Below, in pieces: positions 48,409 to 63,274 of a stretch of DNA of 64,000 bases. Every line of letters starts with the position of its first letter. Position 1 is the first letter of the stretch. The notes under the pieces are model-generated. The model ran no database searches, had not been told where the DNA came from, and saw nothing but the letters and a program-made list of their open reading frames with translations. Both the position numbers and the translations under genes were made by a program. The stretch lies in contig NW_003314369.1 in the NCBI RefSeq assembly GCF_000143415.4, forward strand, positions 124,001-188,000, read 5' to 3'. This DNA is from Selaginella moellendorffii. Lineage: Eukaryota; Plantae; Lycopodiophyta.

Positions 48409-50695
48409 TTGGCTAAGGTGGAAGCTCAAATCGGGCTTCTTGAGCCGCAGATCCAAGCGGCTGGGGAATCTTTTCTCTCTGCCCTTCAGAGTGGCAATCA
48501 ATCTCTGGCGGAATATTGGCGGAATGAAAAAGAACAGCTGCGGAAGGAGAAAGGGCAGCTGCGGGAGGAAAAACTCGTCCTCCTCAGAAGTAATGGTAAG
48601 TCATTTGGGGCGTTTTGCTGTGTGTTGTGGATATGTGTGCTTCCATGTGGCTATGGCTGCTTTCGGCCATGGTTAAGGATTTTGCCTGAGGTAGCTTCAA
48701 TTCGCTTTTATTTTGGGTTGCTGGAAGTGTGGCTAGTTGCTGCTGGCGGGCGCATACTCCCTTGTGGATCCTTGTTTATGGCTGTGGCTGTTGAGACCCT
48801 TGATTCTGGCCATGTTTTCTTTTCTTCCGGAATTAATACTAACATTGTTATGTTCTGAATGTTTCAGTGCCCCATGGAATCGGCGGATCTGGTACGCAAT
48901 TGTGAAAGCCCTTTGTTTCCTTGCATGTCCCCCCTGTTTTCTCTTTGATCTGTGATGTCGGAAGTCCCAGTTTTTGTCCAGTTCTTGGTATTCCTGGTGA
49001 GGTCTTGCTTCTGATGGCGTCGCTGTTGGATTTGGTCTTGGGTGCTTGTGCCTGGCTTGTGGTTGTAATTGAATTTATGGCCATCTGCTTGGTATGTGGC
49101 CCCTTGCGTTCTATCAATGCTGTCTGTCTTCTTCGGCTTGGAGCTCTTCCCCCTGGGATGACTGTTTTGCCGTCGTTTGAAGGTTTCCTGCCTCACACTA
49201 GAGTTTGCTCAGAGCGGTATTTGCCTGCTTGTAGCAGTTCTTGTCTGATCCGTGCATTCGTATCTTTCTTCAGTTGTACCAGATGGTGTGGCGGCCCTTG
49301 TAAGGGCTACTGATACTCCAGATTCTAAATTCTGGATTTTAGATAGCGATGCACTGCGAAATTATGACCAACCTTTCCTGCTATGGAAACGAAAGGCGTA
49401 TGCGAGTCTAGAATCCAAAATCCGGGAGCTGCGCAGCAACTTCACTTCCTTCATCGTCCTAGGCACTGCAGGGATAGGGAAATCGTTCTTTGGCTATCAC
49501 TGGATTATTAGGCTGGGCCAAATGGGGCAAGAAAAGGCGTTATACAAGGTTGGCAAGGTTGTTTACATCCTGAATTTGCGAAGCCGATATGTTGAAGGTG
49601 GTTATGACATGAATGGCCAAATTATACGCCAAATGCTGGACTATCAGTCAATGTGGCTAGTGATAGATGGGAAGCAGGAGACGCCTTTACCTGGCAAGTG
49701 TCGAGTTCTTTTGGTTTGCTCATCTAAGAAGAAAAACTACCAGGAGTTTGGCAAGGGGGGACTTTGTTGCATGCTTTATATGTCGGTGTGGTCCAGGGAG
49801 GAGATTGGGGAATTCCTTGACGACTTTGAGCCTTACCGAACTAGTTATGGGAACATGAATGTGGTGGACAGAAAGGAAGGGCTTGACAACTTCGATTATT
49901 TGGGTGGAGTTCCTAGGTATGTACTGCGTGCAACAAAGCTGAAAGAGGGGAAGTCCTTGGCCAAGAGTGCGGTTGAGTCGTTCGGATCAAGTGTATCCAA
50001 AGCGGCTAAAATTTTGTCAGGAGGGTACGTGAAAAAAGTCAGCGACTGCATTCTGCACATCGTGGCAACTGAGGACCACAGCGAAAAGACATCAGTTTGC
50101 AAGCGAGGCTTTGATGACAGAGCTTGGGAATCAATATCTGCGTGCTGGAGCTGTGCCTGTGGTGGGATTTCTGAAAGAAACATTCACCTGCCCTTGGGTG
50201 GGGGCTCTGTGGGGGAAGCTTTATGAGCCTCTTGTGCATAGGCTACTGTTGAAGGGTGGTGATTTTGTTATCAAGGCAGTTTATGCTAATGGACGCTCCG
50301 GTCCTGAGACTTCCGTTCATATTGGACCTCATATCATGCTGGAGGCAAGTTCTGCGGGTGAGTTTGGAGGAAAGATGGGGATGGGCAAGTACGTGCAACC
50401 AACTTCTGAAGTCTTTCCGAGCATTGATTCTGGTATGGATGAAGACATTCTCATTCAGGTCTTCAAGAGAGTGGATGGAAAACACGGCTTTGAAGCGAGT
50501 GGCTTAGAAATGGTGGATGCTGCGTTGAAGAGACCAAGCTACAGGTTGTGGTCGTGTGTTCCAAAAGAGACGTTTCCGCGAACTGGATGGCAGCAATACC
50601 AGAATAATAATGATGGAGACTATGGGAGAGGAAATGCAGTATTTGGGAAGAAGCAGCAGTTTGTTGTTCAAGTGGACTACGAGGATGCACGATGA
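48409..50695 (+). pseudogene. Crinkler/RHS-type protein: coiled-coil header + P-loop NTPase + REase-like C-terminus; frameshift near 50090
   Basis: EKEQLRKEKGQLREEK header; intron 48596-49273; Walker A VLGTAGIGKS; GGVPRYVL; YVQPTSEVFPSIDS...LIQV. Confidence 0.72.
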
Positions 50696-50805
50696 AGCTT
50701 CTGTTTTTTTATATATATACTTACAATATAAATTTCTCGGTAAATCAAAGTTTTTAATAAAATACTAGAAATTGCCCAGCAAAAAGCAGGTGGGTTGGCA
50801 AAGTG

Positions 50806-53800
50806 TGTGAGTGCTTTGAATATGGAAAGGGAATACAGAAATATGCATATCAATTAGCCCAAAAACCTTAGTTTATATACAGGAGCGAGTGGTTGGATTG
50901 AAACCAATCCAACGGCTATCAAAATCCTACTATGCTAATATTAGTATACGGCATCGTAGCCGTACACTTGGCCCTCATATCATCCCCCCCCCTCTCGGAA
51001 TAATATAAGACCATCAGGGTGTTCTTGTAGACGGGCCGGGATCTGGAGGAACGTCAGGAGGAGGCATCGGAGGATCTGTAGGTGGTATTAACTGCTCCTG
51101 ATCCTTTTGTATGAAATGTTTCAACCGCTGCACATGCACAATCTCTAGAGGATCAGCCTGCTGGATGTCATGCTAAATCTCATAAACTTGTGGTTCAACT
51201 TGCCGCAACACCTGATACGGTCCTTTCCACTGTGGAAGGAGCCCCTTAGATAAACCACGTACCGTAAGATGGGGAAAACAGATTAATACCAAATCATCCA
51301 CTTTGTACTCCGCAGGTGCACGATGATGGGAGTTGTACCGCCGTTGTTGTCCCACTTGTACGCGGCCTAAGTGTTCGGTAGACTCTGCTCGAACAAGTGG
51401 AAGAATGCTTGTCAAATACTAATCCCATGATCTAGCATCCGCAACTCATGGTAATCGTGAAGGTAAACCTAGCTCCGTTGGTAGTATTGGATCATGACCA
51501 TATAGGAGTTTATATGGTGAAGCACCAACAGAACTCTGCACCCCTGTGCCATATGCATACCGAAGAGACGGCAAATAACCATCCCAATCTGAATGCTGAA
51601 AGTTCACATACTTCGCAATCATCCCTTTGAATGTCCGAACAAGCCGTTCCACCAGACCGTCTGATTGTGGATGATAAGCACTCGTGAAAGTGTGGCGTAT
51701 CCCCAACCGAGACGTCAAAACATGAAATGCCTTAGCCATAAATGCGGGACTATTATCTGAAAAAATCTGCTCTGGACAAGAATGCTGGAACACCACTCGA
51801 TTGAGGAGGAAGTATTCAATAGTAGTTGCAGAGGCACTAGCAAGAGCATCAACTTCCACCCAACGAGTCAAGTAGTCAGAAGCAATAATAACATATTCAT
51901 TGCCAGCAGTTGACCGTGGAAAAGGTCCCATAAAATCAAACGCCACCAACTCAAATGGACGGGAAATTGCAATTGACTCCAACTATCCTTCCGTAGCCCG
52001 AGGGGGAGTATTATGAGCTTGGCACCAAACGCAGCTACGCACATACCGGATAATATCACGTCGCATCTCCGGCTAATAGAAAGACCTGTGCAACTTCTCG
52101 GTTATACGACGATGTCTCATATGCCCTCCTAAAACAGGAGAATCATGGTAGGCATGGAGAAACAACGAAATAAAAATAGAAGGCACCACCAGCCTTAAAT
52201 GATCATTAGGATCCGTCCCCACAAAATAAAGAAGGTCGTCTTCAAGGTGATATTGAGAATGTAAATGCCAGAAAAGCAAATCATCAACAAGTGATGCAGA
52301 ATTCTCAAACCCATCTCGAAGCCTTCGAATCCACGGCTCAATCTTTTGAGCCTCGCGAACCTCATCAAGAGAAGGTAGATCTTGCTCTGTGTTGAACGTC
52401 AAGTATAGCAACCGTCGACAGTACAGAATCCTCGTCTAGAAAATCCACAGAGACTGGAACAACAGGCTCGTCAGAAATATGAGAAGAGAATGGAAAAGGA
52501 AGAGGAGCTCGAGAAAGAGCATCAGCATCAGCCATAGAACTCCCTAGGCGATGAACAACATCAAAATCATATATCTGAAGCTTCAAAGCCCATCGAGCAG
52601 TACGACCAACCAGGTTCTTCTGCTTCAATAATGAAGTAACAGCAGCATAATCACCTTCAAGTAACTTCCGAGAACCATGTAGATATGTATGAAGTTTCTC
52701 GAAACCCCAAACTGTTGCTAAACACTCCTTCTCTGTCGTGGAGTAGTTCATTTCCACTAGTTGTAATGTATGGCTGATATACACAATAGGATGGTGTTGA
52801 CCAGGCACACTCGAGCTCTCTTGTATCAACACACTTCCAAGACCAATGTCAGAAGCATCCACGCGCAAAATAAAAGGTCGAGTGTAGTCAGGATATGCCA
52901 AAACCGGAGGAGTCGTCAATAGCTCTTTGAGATCCCCGAATGCACACTCACAATTCGGAGACCAAATGAAAGATGATGTTGATGACTTCAGCAACATTCG
53001 CAACGGAGTAGTGCAGTTAGAAAGATGATCCACAAAATAACCAAGATACTACATCTTGCCCAAGAAGCACTGCACATCATTCACACACTTCGGAGTAAGG
53101 AACTTTAGAACAGCCACAAGTTTATCAGGATCAACTTGCAAACCCTCACGAGAAATACGGTACCCAAGATAACTTGTATCCTTGGACCCAAACACGCACT
53201 TCGACCGCTTTAGCTTTAAACCAACGTCGCATAGCCAATCCAACATTTTCCAAACATCACGAACGTACTCCTCCCACGTCCCCTCCGAGTGAATCAAAAC
53301 ATCATCAATGAAGTCAGTAGTCACCTTTGGCATATCACAAAGAACTTCGTCTATCATCCGCTAGAAAGTTGCTAGAGCATTGTTTAAACCAAATAGCATC
53401 ACCAAGAACTCGTACAAACCAAACGGTGTACGAAAAGCAGTCTTAGGAATATCTTTTTCGGCCATCAGTACTTGCCAGTACCCAGAAGCAAGATCTAGCT
53501 TGGTGAACCAACGACTTCGCCCTAGACAATCCAAGAGATCAGCAGTGTGAGGAAGAGGGTACACATCCGGGATCGTCACTTCATTTAACGGACGATAGTC
53601 GATGCAGAAACGAATACTCCCATCAGGCTTCGTCACAAGATGAGGTTCACATGCCTAAGGACTCCGCGACTTCCAAATAACACCCTTCTCCAACATCTCC
53701 TTGACGTTTGCATGTAAAATCTTGATCTCCTTGGGTGACCGACAACGAACAAGAACCTTGATTGGACAAGCATCCCCAGTTGGAATCAGATGACATGTGG

Positions 53801-55803
53801 CAATCTTGGTCCCAGACAATACGTTAAATTCAAAGAGATCAGAATACTCCTTTATGAGTCGGTCAACAGCTGCAACACAAAGATCATCGGAGGGATTGGA
53901 AAAGGGAAGAGCAGAACAAGATGGCAACATAGGAGCAAATAGTGGGGGAACAAAAGTAATGGAAGCAGAGGTAGAAATAAAGGGATAAAGAGGTACGGAA
54001 GTGAGAGGAATGGATGAAACATAAGGAAGTATGAGACAAGGGGGAGAAGCCTCAAAGTTACACTTGGCATGATTGTGTTGCAACCAATCCATACCAAGAA
54101 TGAGGTCAAAACTTGACTCGGCACCACCCGCAATGACTGCAACTCAAGCTCGAGATCGCCCACATGCACAACCAGGTCCGCCTCATCTCGTGCACATGCA
54201 TGTGTACGGCCGTTGCCATAAAGAATGAAAACTGGATCTGCCGCACGACGCAAGTGTAGACGACAACGTGTGGCAACAGGTCGAGCAATAGAAGATAAAC
54301 TCAAACTTGTATTAACCAACACGGAGAGAATAATAGGAGACCTCTTGTTATAAAAACGAGCTTGGAAAGTAAACACTAGATGAACCGGTGCCGAGTGAAT
54401 CCCTTGATGATACTCCCGAAAGAAAGATGGAGGGGTCACTAACTTATTTGCACAAGGTCCCTCCATTACTCACGCGACTCCTCGTTTCCCGGATGCACCT
54501 CGGTGTCCAAACCTTCCACTGCAGCAGCACCAACGGGACGTTGCTGACGCCAAAGTCTCCACCCAGGAAATGGAGGTCGCCAATCTAGAAAGCGCCGACA
54601 ACGCCAATAAGTATGACCAACTTCATCAGACACCCAGCAACGAACATCATGGCCACGTCCATGTCCTCACCCTTGTCCTGGGACTTGAGTAACAGTAGCA
54701 TCAACCTCCATTGGAACAGGACCATCACTCATAGAAAGTGGAGCGGAAGGACGTGCAGCGAGAAGTGGAAGAGGCAACGTCTCATAACGTTGTGCCAAGC
54801 GAAGAGCATCATCAAGGGTGGTAGGAGCAAGTGCATGCATAAGGCCGACAAGATCTTGACGAAGTGTTGGCCACAACATTCCTAGCTTGATCCGCTCTGA
54901 CATATTGGGCTCCACATGAAGCAAAAGACTTCGGAAACGAACACCAAATTGCATCACCGACTCAGATGGCCTTTGGCGAAGATGATGCAATTGTTGGAAG
55001 GCATCGTCACAATCGTCAGCATGTCTGAAGGCGTGTTTGAAGACGTCTGGAAGAACACTCCAATCCCCACGAGTGGCCGCACTCAATCCATTGTACCATT
55101 GCAACGCCATCCCTTAGAGACACGTGGGAAACTCACGCAAACGTCGAGCATCATCCCAAGAATGATATGTGGCAATCACCGTGAAGTGATCGAACCAATG
55201 GTACACATCATCCCCAGGATTCTCACGAAAGAACTCCGGCCGAACGCAAGGATTGGCACCAAGAGTAGTACGAGTTGGGCCACGTGCTGTGAATGCCGCC
55301 ATCAATTGAGTTTGGTTGTTCAATTGCAAGCGCATAGCATCAAGCAATTGGACCAACTGCTGCTCTAGAGTCAAAGGAGGAGATTGTTGATCTGCCATGA
55401 AGACGGATGAAGAAAGAGCAAAAGAAGAGAAATGACAAAAAACGAGAAGGAAATGGGAGATCTAGACAATGCAAAAAGCTAGATCTAAACCAAAATCCTA
55501 AAAGGGAAGAACAAAAGAAAGGAAATGGAAAAAGCTAGATCTAGACGATGCAAAAGCTAGATCTAAACTGAAATCCCAAATCCAAGCACTCCCCAGAGAC
55601 AATTAAAGGTGCCCCTCACCTCCACCAATGTGAGTGTTTCAAATATGGAAAAGGAATACAGAAATGTGCATATTAATTAGCCCAAAAACCCTAGCTTATA
55701 TACAGGAGCGAGTGGTTCGGATTGAAACCAATCCAATGGCTATCAAAATCCTACTACGCTAATATTAGTATACGGCATCGTAGCCATACATTTAGCCCTC
55801 ACA
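50806..55803 (-). mobile_element. Full-length but decayed Ty3/gypsy LTR retrotransposon
   Basis: LTRs 50806-50979 and 55629-55803 (TGTGAG...CTCACA), PBS TGGTGGAGG (tRNA-Ala-like) at ~55619-55627, PPT 50980-50997. gag (PVPMEVD), protease, RT (FIDD), RNase H (VDASD), integrase (AYHPQSDGLVER). Many stops; flanks agtg/ggtg. Confidence 0.95.
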
Positions 55804-56341
55804 GGTGAAGTTTTCAAAAAACTTTAAATCTGAGCCAAAAAAGACAAATACATTGGCTAAGAGTTTTATGTCACAAGTATTATAGCTTCTAGATTTGAGT
55901 GTCATGGTTTCATTGCCAGTATTAAAATAAAACTGTTAAATTCAAAGCATAAGAATACTAATCATTGTGTTATGTGATGTTTAGTTTGCATTTGTTTTTC
56001 TTTTGGATAACAAAGGAAAAACTTTTGGTGAGATTTTTTTTTCTTCCACAAATGGAAGCATGATACCTATTCCCAATTGGAGCAAATTATCTCAACCTAG
56101 AAGCTGCCTAAACCTTGGGAAAGAAGACATGAACATAACTTTGACAGAATTTAAATGGTATTTTTCCATATTTTTACATATTGTACAGTGTTATGAGCTT
56201 GGCACTATAGATTTCTCCACTGCAATGGCAGCTTTTTCTCAATTGCTTCCTTCTGCAACACCGGTGGCAGAAATGTTGAGGTGATGGAGCTTGAATCCTT
56301 TGTGTGGCTTGTGAGGTGTGGCTTTACTGTGAGCTTGAGCT

Positions 56342-57075
56342 CTAGCAAGTGTTGATGGTGAACACTACTGAGTTTTCGGTGTTGTCCTCGCTCTTGCTAC
56401 CATTGTTGTAGTCTTGGCTGTCCTCGGAGTTTGCGTCCCATGCACTGTTCTTGTGGGAGATGGCTGTGTCACTGAGACAAAAGCGTGCTTGTTTCTCGAT
56501 CACTTCCTCGGACTTGTGCAGGGCAGTGTGAACCACAAGCTTCTTCTCTTCATCTTTGATTTCCAGGATGTCTTTGAGGAGGAGGAACACCTCGTTTGAT
56601 CTTAGTAGACTGCGATGGTCGCCTGGAACCCTGTGCCTCGCAGTCGCAGGGAACCCAACATCCTATGAAGAAAGCAGAGTTCAGAACTGGGTGATAGAAA
56701 TAGAGGGCTACCTTGGAAGACTTGGATGGTACCGTGCCATCTCCATCCACATACTTGAAATTGGCCTGCAAAGTCCAAAGTTTCTTTGAGTAAGCATGAA
56801 GAAAAAACTCCACATTACCTTGAGCTCAACTATGAGGCATTTTTTCACTCCCGTAGCTGGAAACAATGGAAAAAAGTTGCCAATGAAGTTGGCTATCAAG
56901 AATGAAGAACACATACCAGACATGGAATGAAGTTTTGCATGAACTGCCATAGATGTTGTAGAATTTAAAATCTTTAGGAAGTTTTGCAAAGAACCATAGA
57001 TAGCAGGACTCATTTGCCCACTCAAGAATGCATCTTATTGAAAGGAATGGGTATTGTCTTGTCATCATAGCTCAG
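56342..57075 (-). pseudogene. C-terminal fragment of an LCAT3/LCAT4-like phospholipase/acyltransferase gene, with introns
   Basis: ILEWANES...KLPKDFKFYNIYG, YVDGDGTVP..S, ARHRVPGDHRSLL. Confidence 0.7.
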
Positions 57076-57334
57076 CTGCATAGAAAATATTTAGTTTACC
57101 AACATAACCAAAGAAAAGAAAAGAGTAGTTGATATACCACTAACCATGTTCTTTTTAAGTGCAACTTCCATCTCAAAAACACACTATATGAGTGTATAGC
57201 TATAGAGTTGTCGGGCTCTAAAAAACTCGAGGTAAAGGTCTTGAGATAGAGATAGAGTTCTGAGTTGTACAGCTTTTGGAGTTTTAGATTGTCTATGATC
57301 CCGTCGGGAGGTATGAAGAGCTCACCAAGGAGCT

Positions 57335-58050
57335 CCAAAGCTTGGGTGGTTTTGCTCAAAATCTTACATTATTTTCGCCATCCAAGGTATGTATAGTTTT
57401 CCCAAAGTTTTCTTCTTGGATAGAGCTAAAGAACTTTATAACCAGATCAATGTTTTCCTGGGAATCACGAGCAAGAGAGCTGATGGCTACCATGATTTAA
57501 CATCTCTCTTTCATGTAAGCTTCTCGGTCTTTTTTTTTTTTTTTTTCTTGTTCTAGTTTCTCAAGAAACTTTTCACTCAGGTGATTAGCCTGGGAGATAC
57601 TTTAAAGTTTTTAGTCTCTCCTTCTAAAAAGAAAGACTTGCTTACAATAAATGTGTTTGGAATCCCACTCAACGACTCAAACTTGGTAAAACTATCCATT
57701 CATTCTTTTCCAAGGATTTACAAAACATTTGTGTGATTCTTTTGCAAGGTGATCAAAGCTCTAAATCTTTATAGAAAGAAGACCGAGAGCGACACATACT
57801 TCTGGGTAAGCTCTCAATAAACTTTCCTCGATCAAAACATTTAGTTTTTCTTCTTAAGGTTCACTTGGACAAAAGAGTTCCAATTGGAGGTGGCAGTGGT
57901 AATGCCACCACTGCTCTTTAGGCTGCAAACCAGATAAATGGACACTTTGCTAGCAAAGTGGATCTACAAGAATGGTTTACGGAGATCAACTCTGATATTC
58001 CTTTCGTTTTCTCACATGGAGCAGCCTGTTGCACTAGCCATGGAGAGGTA
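57335..58050 (+). pseudogene. ISPE: IspE (CDP-ME kinase) fragment, copy 2, longest
   Basis: Same exons as copy 1, plus VHLDKRVPIGGGSGNATTAL*AANQ...SDIPFVFSHGAACCT (GHMP kinase glycine-rich loop partly deleted). Confidence 0.88.
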
Positions 58051-59299
58051 CACTTAGCAAAAAGATAACTTTTCACTTGACAGGATAGACGATAAGTGCA
58101 ATCATAGTTAACACATTTGCATGTGACACATGCCACAGGGCCTTCTTCTCTTGCCCCATGCAGTTTAGTCACCTCCCATTGACTGGGAGCAAACATTAGC
58201 ATGATTATTCGCTAAGACGTGGTTAAAGAAATAACCCTTTTACAGTTACCCCCCATCAGATGGCTGCCATTGGCTCGATCCAGCAGCCTAGAAAGTTTGG
58301 CACTATTATGATAGATGTTTGTTATTTTAATACTATATACTACTCATTTAAGTTATTTTTAAAACTGATGTTTGATATTAATAAATTGATAACAGTTGAG
58401 ATATTTGAGCAAAGATTTATGTGATTTAGCAGTTGATCAAATATTCAAAGGAATCCAAGTGTAACAACTTAAATTGACTGAAGTATAACTGCTGATGAGG
58501 ATAATTTAAATACCACACTAATCATCCTGTCCAGCGCAATCATGAGCATAGCACAGCACCTGCCTTCTTCCTTGTGGTGGGCTCTATTTGTCTTATATAT
58601 AACAGTGTTCCTGTGATCGTGCCTTAAATTTCTTGTTTTGTTTGTCGGTTCTTTACGAGAAACAATTTCTGAAGCTGTAAGATTGTGAGAAACATCAATT
58701 TGAAATACTATATATATGTCATGATTACTGCTCTGCAAAGGGAAGGAAAAAACCATGCACCTTTTCTTCCTCTTTCTCCACGTACCCAAGAAAAGCCTCA
58801 AATCGTTTGTCAGGTTCCTTGAAAAGCCATTTGTAATACGTCTCTCTATCCTCAAAATTCTTCCTGAGCATCTCCCAGTAATAGCTTGTCCACACAATCC
58901 TGGAATGCCTTGATGCTACGCTCATTTCTCGCCGATGCGAACAGCGCCGTCCCAGCTCTCCCCAGCATACTTGTCGACACCCCAGACGCAAGTGAATCCA
59001 AGAAGGTGAATGCCCACATTGTGTACCATGGCCAAGATCCTGCCCACCAAGCTCTCCAAGGCACAGCCATAGCTGCGCACTTGCCCGATCAAATGCTGTG
59101 CATCCACCACCTCCATTCTGCCCTAGCATGCTCCACCAAGGAGCAAGCAATAGATAAGTTCGTACAAAACTGTAAAATAGAAGCCACTTAAACAAACAAA
59201 AGTTAAGGAGATAATGTGCTTTATGCATAGCAAGCTTGTATAGATTTTGGATGTATGGCATATCAGCATGTTTCACAAGAGCTATACACCAAGTTTGAT

Positions 59300-61600
59300 C
59301 CGACTGGGGAAAAACTCACATATCTGATTCTAGTTCTCATGCTTACAAATTGATGGATCCTGTGATAGCCACAGTTCACATTTGTAGGCAACAAGAAGTG
59401 ATATTTTTTGAGGAAACCCCTTTTTTCTCTCAATCCTTTTCTATTCCTAATCTTGATTTTGTGAATTTTCCAAATTCTTGGTTTTGGAATGATGCTATTC
59501 TTGATGCTGATTTTTGGGATGATGCTCAGCATGAAGAAGCACTTGAGAAAGGAGGAATTGATCCAATTATCGAAGTCCTAGCTCAACTTTTTCCTCTAAG
59601 ATTTGACATTGTTTTGACTCCGGTGGCATCTCCAACATTCAACAAGGCTACTCTTGAGCCACTTGGACAAGGAAAAAGGGTGAAAATTCTAAGTAGAAAG
59701 GCTCTTGAAAATGCTGAATGCTCTTATACTATTGCCTTTGATTTATTGGAGTTTTGTGCAGCTGCATGTACACTCGAGCCTTCCTCATTCATGGAAGCTA
59801 TGGCTAGTCCAAATGCAAGTCATTGGAAGCGAGCGATGGACCAAGAAATTAAGTCCATCATTCGTATGCACACTTTTGATGAAGTGGTTCTTCTAGTTGG
59901 AGCTACAGCACTTGGTAGTTGATGGGTCTACAAGGCGAAGCTCAACCCCAACAGTTCTATCAACTGTCACAAAGCTTAACTTATTGCACAAGGCTACAAA
60001 TAACAATATGGCGTGAATTATCTTGAGACATACTCTCTAATGGTAAAAATGACAAGTGTTCAAATTTTGCTTGTTTTTGCTGCTTACTTTGATCTTGAGA
60101 TTCATCACACTGACATCAAGACTACTTTCTTGAATAGAGACTTGTAGGAAAATATCGACATTCAACAGCTAGATTGCTACACCTAGCTTGGGAAGAAACA
60201 TCTTGTATGGAAACTCAAAAAAGCTCTTTATGGCCTTAAGCAAGCTAGTGGTAGAAAATTGATGCTTTTTTCAAAGCTGAAGGATTTTCTCCCATCACTC
60301 CTGAATTCAACATCTACATCAAGCAAGAAGGGAAGTTTTTACTTATTGTTGCTCTTTACATTGACGACTCACTTTTGATTAGCAATGACTACAAGTATTT
60401 ACAGATTTTCAAAGCTAAGCTTGGAACAGCTTTTGCTATGGAGGACCTTGGAGAAGCTTGATATTTTCTTGGTCTTGAGATTCACCATGACAAGAGAATA
60501 AGGTTCCTTCACATTTCTCAACAGCAATATTTAACGAAGGTACTGGAGAGTTATGGATATATTGATTGCAATCCTTCTCATTTGCCCATGGAGCCTAGTA
60601 ACATCAAGTTCTTGACAAAAGCTGAGTGTCCTTCCAGCAAAGAGGAGCATCAAGCCATGGTAAAGGTACCATTTTGAAATTTACTTGGGAGTTTGATGTA
60701 CACTATGGTGTGCAATTGTCCAAATTTAGCTTTCTTAGCCAATTTTCTACTAATCCTGGCAAAAAACATTGAAATTGGTGATGCGCTATGTAAAGAAAAC
60801 TCTTGCTTTTGGACTATTGTATGGCTCATGTGGTGGTTTTTCTTTTGTTGTTTACAGTGATAGTAGCCTATCAATTGATAGAGACAGCCATAAATCCACA
60901 ATAGGGTTTTGCTTCCAGCTTGGAACAAGTCTTGTTATTTAGGCCAGCAAGAAGCAAACTCACATTGCTCCTTCCTCCACAAAAGCAAAGTATCTTGCTG
61001 GCTCAGCTGTTTCTAGGGAAATTCTTTGGTTTCAAGAATTTCTTGGAGCTCTTGAGCAATCCTCCACACCAATTACTCTCCATGTTGATAATAAGGGAGC
61101 TATCGATTAGTGCAATAGTGAAGTGCAACATTGGAAGTTTCAACATGATGCCTAACACTATTACTATGTCAGAGATTTGGTACACATAGGTTTGCTAATG
61201 GTTCAGCATATTTCTTCTTGACAACAACTTATTGACATCTTTCCAAAACCTTTGGCTAAAGTTCTATTTGTGGAACACATGAATTCTATTGGAGTCATGG
61301 CCAAACCTTGACTAAGGAAGAGGTAGCAACAGCAGTCACACCCTTGGCTTTAGGAGGAGTGTTAGAGCCAAAATCCAAGGTGTGATAGGTGCCTTAAATC
61401 ATGGAGATCAAGGGCCACATTCAGCAGCAAATTTCAGGAGAAAATTCTAAATGTAGCTAGCATATAGCTAGTGTTTCTTTCTTCTTTCATAAAGCAGTTG
61501 TTTCTAGTTTCCTTTTGAAAAGATTCTATTCATTCTTTGCTCTCCTTCTGGCACTTTGTCAAGCTGGAGTATCGGAGCTTGCTTGGTTCTCCTATTAAGT
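59300..61600 (+). mobile_element. Ty1/copia relic (RT, RNase H, PPT and probable 3' LTR starting 61360)
   Basis: EPSSFMEAMASPNASHWKRAMDQEIKSI, ALYIDD, ASKKQTHIAPSST, DNKGAI, KPL motifs. Purine tract aggaggag precedes TGTTAG. Right boundary approximate. Confidence 0.85.
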
Positions 61601-63274
61601 TGAGATTATGAAAGTCTGCTTCATCTCAGATAAAACTTGCAATGTCCTCCATGCTTCCATACTTTGTGTATACATGAGCCATGCTAGTTAATCTTCATTG
61701 CAAACACATATTTTGTTTAAATAAGAAAGCAAGGCTTTTGCTGCTGTCCACTGTTAGTAACTCCTTGCATAATCCAACTTTGTCCACTCTGTCTCAACCT
61801 GGAACGTTCCCCATTCTCCCACCACCTGGACGAGTTTCAACACCAACAACCATTCACGTTGCTATCGCAAGGCTCAGCTGTAACATCTTGATAAAGATTT
61901 GGGTCGCTTGATGCAAAAGAGCCTTTGTTTCATACATATGCCCTTCTTGCCAGGCCAGAAATTAGTTTTTGCCCCTTCAAAGTTCTTCTGGCCAAAAGCT
62001 GCCAGCATTCTAGATCAAGCATGAAATGGAATCAAACGTTTGTTTTCCATGATCAGTGTCGTGGATCTATAGAATGTGTAAAAGTTTTCTTTATTTGATT
62101 GCTTGTTAAATAGCTTGATCTCATTGAACATGGTGTTTTCTACGATTGCTGGAGGTTCAAACTATGGACATAGGTTGAGACCAGTGTGATAGAAAGCTGC
62201 AGCACTGATGATGATTGAGTTTGCCATCTCTTGGATGCACAAGTAAATCGATCAATCTCACACGTTTTCGAGGTCCAAAAGAGACACACTCTCGTTGGAG
62301 AGAATGCTTGCCAAATAATGCAGGAAAACACATGATACAACCCAAATCTTTAACAAGTTGCCCCAGTGGAGCATTCTCTCTGTGACTGCCCACGTATGGG
62401 ATTCTATCCAAAATTCGCTTGGAACCATAGTCACTTCAAGGGACAGAATGTTCCAATATTGGCAATCAGGGTGAACTGGTGGAGGCTCACGTTGGTGGCT
62501 GTCTGTCTCAAGGACATGCTGCTCCAGGAATTTGGAAAAAGAGAGGCACTAGAAGCTTGGCAATGACAATGGAGCCTTTGCTATGGAGGGGAATATGAGG
62601 GAAGTATCAAATGAAAATGGAGACCACCAGACTCTATAGTAAATGAGGCAAAACAAGCCAATTTGGCACTGGACGCTATGCGAAGGAGATGACCACAGTA
62701 GCCCAATTGGAATGCAGCAATCACCATTAGGTAGGAGATAACAAGATGGTATTGTTAAGAGTAGCACCATGAGGGAATCCTTTTTGTATTAATCTCTAAG
62801 GGACATTGAGTAATGTTGTTGCATCTATCCAAAAATCGCTCATTGATAGTAAATGTAAGGCACACTTCTTAGACTTCACGTGTTAACTAGCATTGATAAA
62901 AGTCAATACAAGCAGCAATGAGGTGGATGCATCTTAAAAGATCAGTTTAGGCAAATCTTCACTCTTTGCTAAAATCAATATTTGATTGTATTTAGAATAT
63001 TTAAAAATCTATCATAATAAGGAGGGAGTGCCAAACTTTTTGGCTGCCACATCCAACTAATGGTAGCCGTCCAATGGGGGGTAACTATAAAAGGGTTATT
63101 TCTTTAACCACGTCCTAGCAAATAATCATGCTAATGTTTGCTCCCAATCAATGGGAGGTGACCAAACTGCATGGGGCGAGAGAAAAAAGGTGACATATGT
63201 CATATACAAATGTGTTGACCATGACTGTGCCTGTCATCTGTCCTGTTAAGCGAAAAATTATCTTTTTTCTAATC

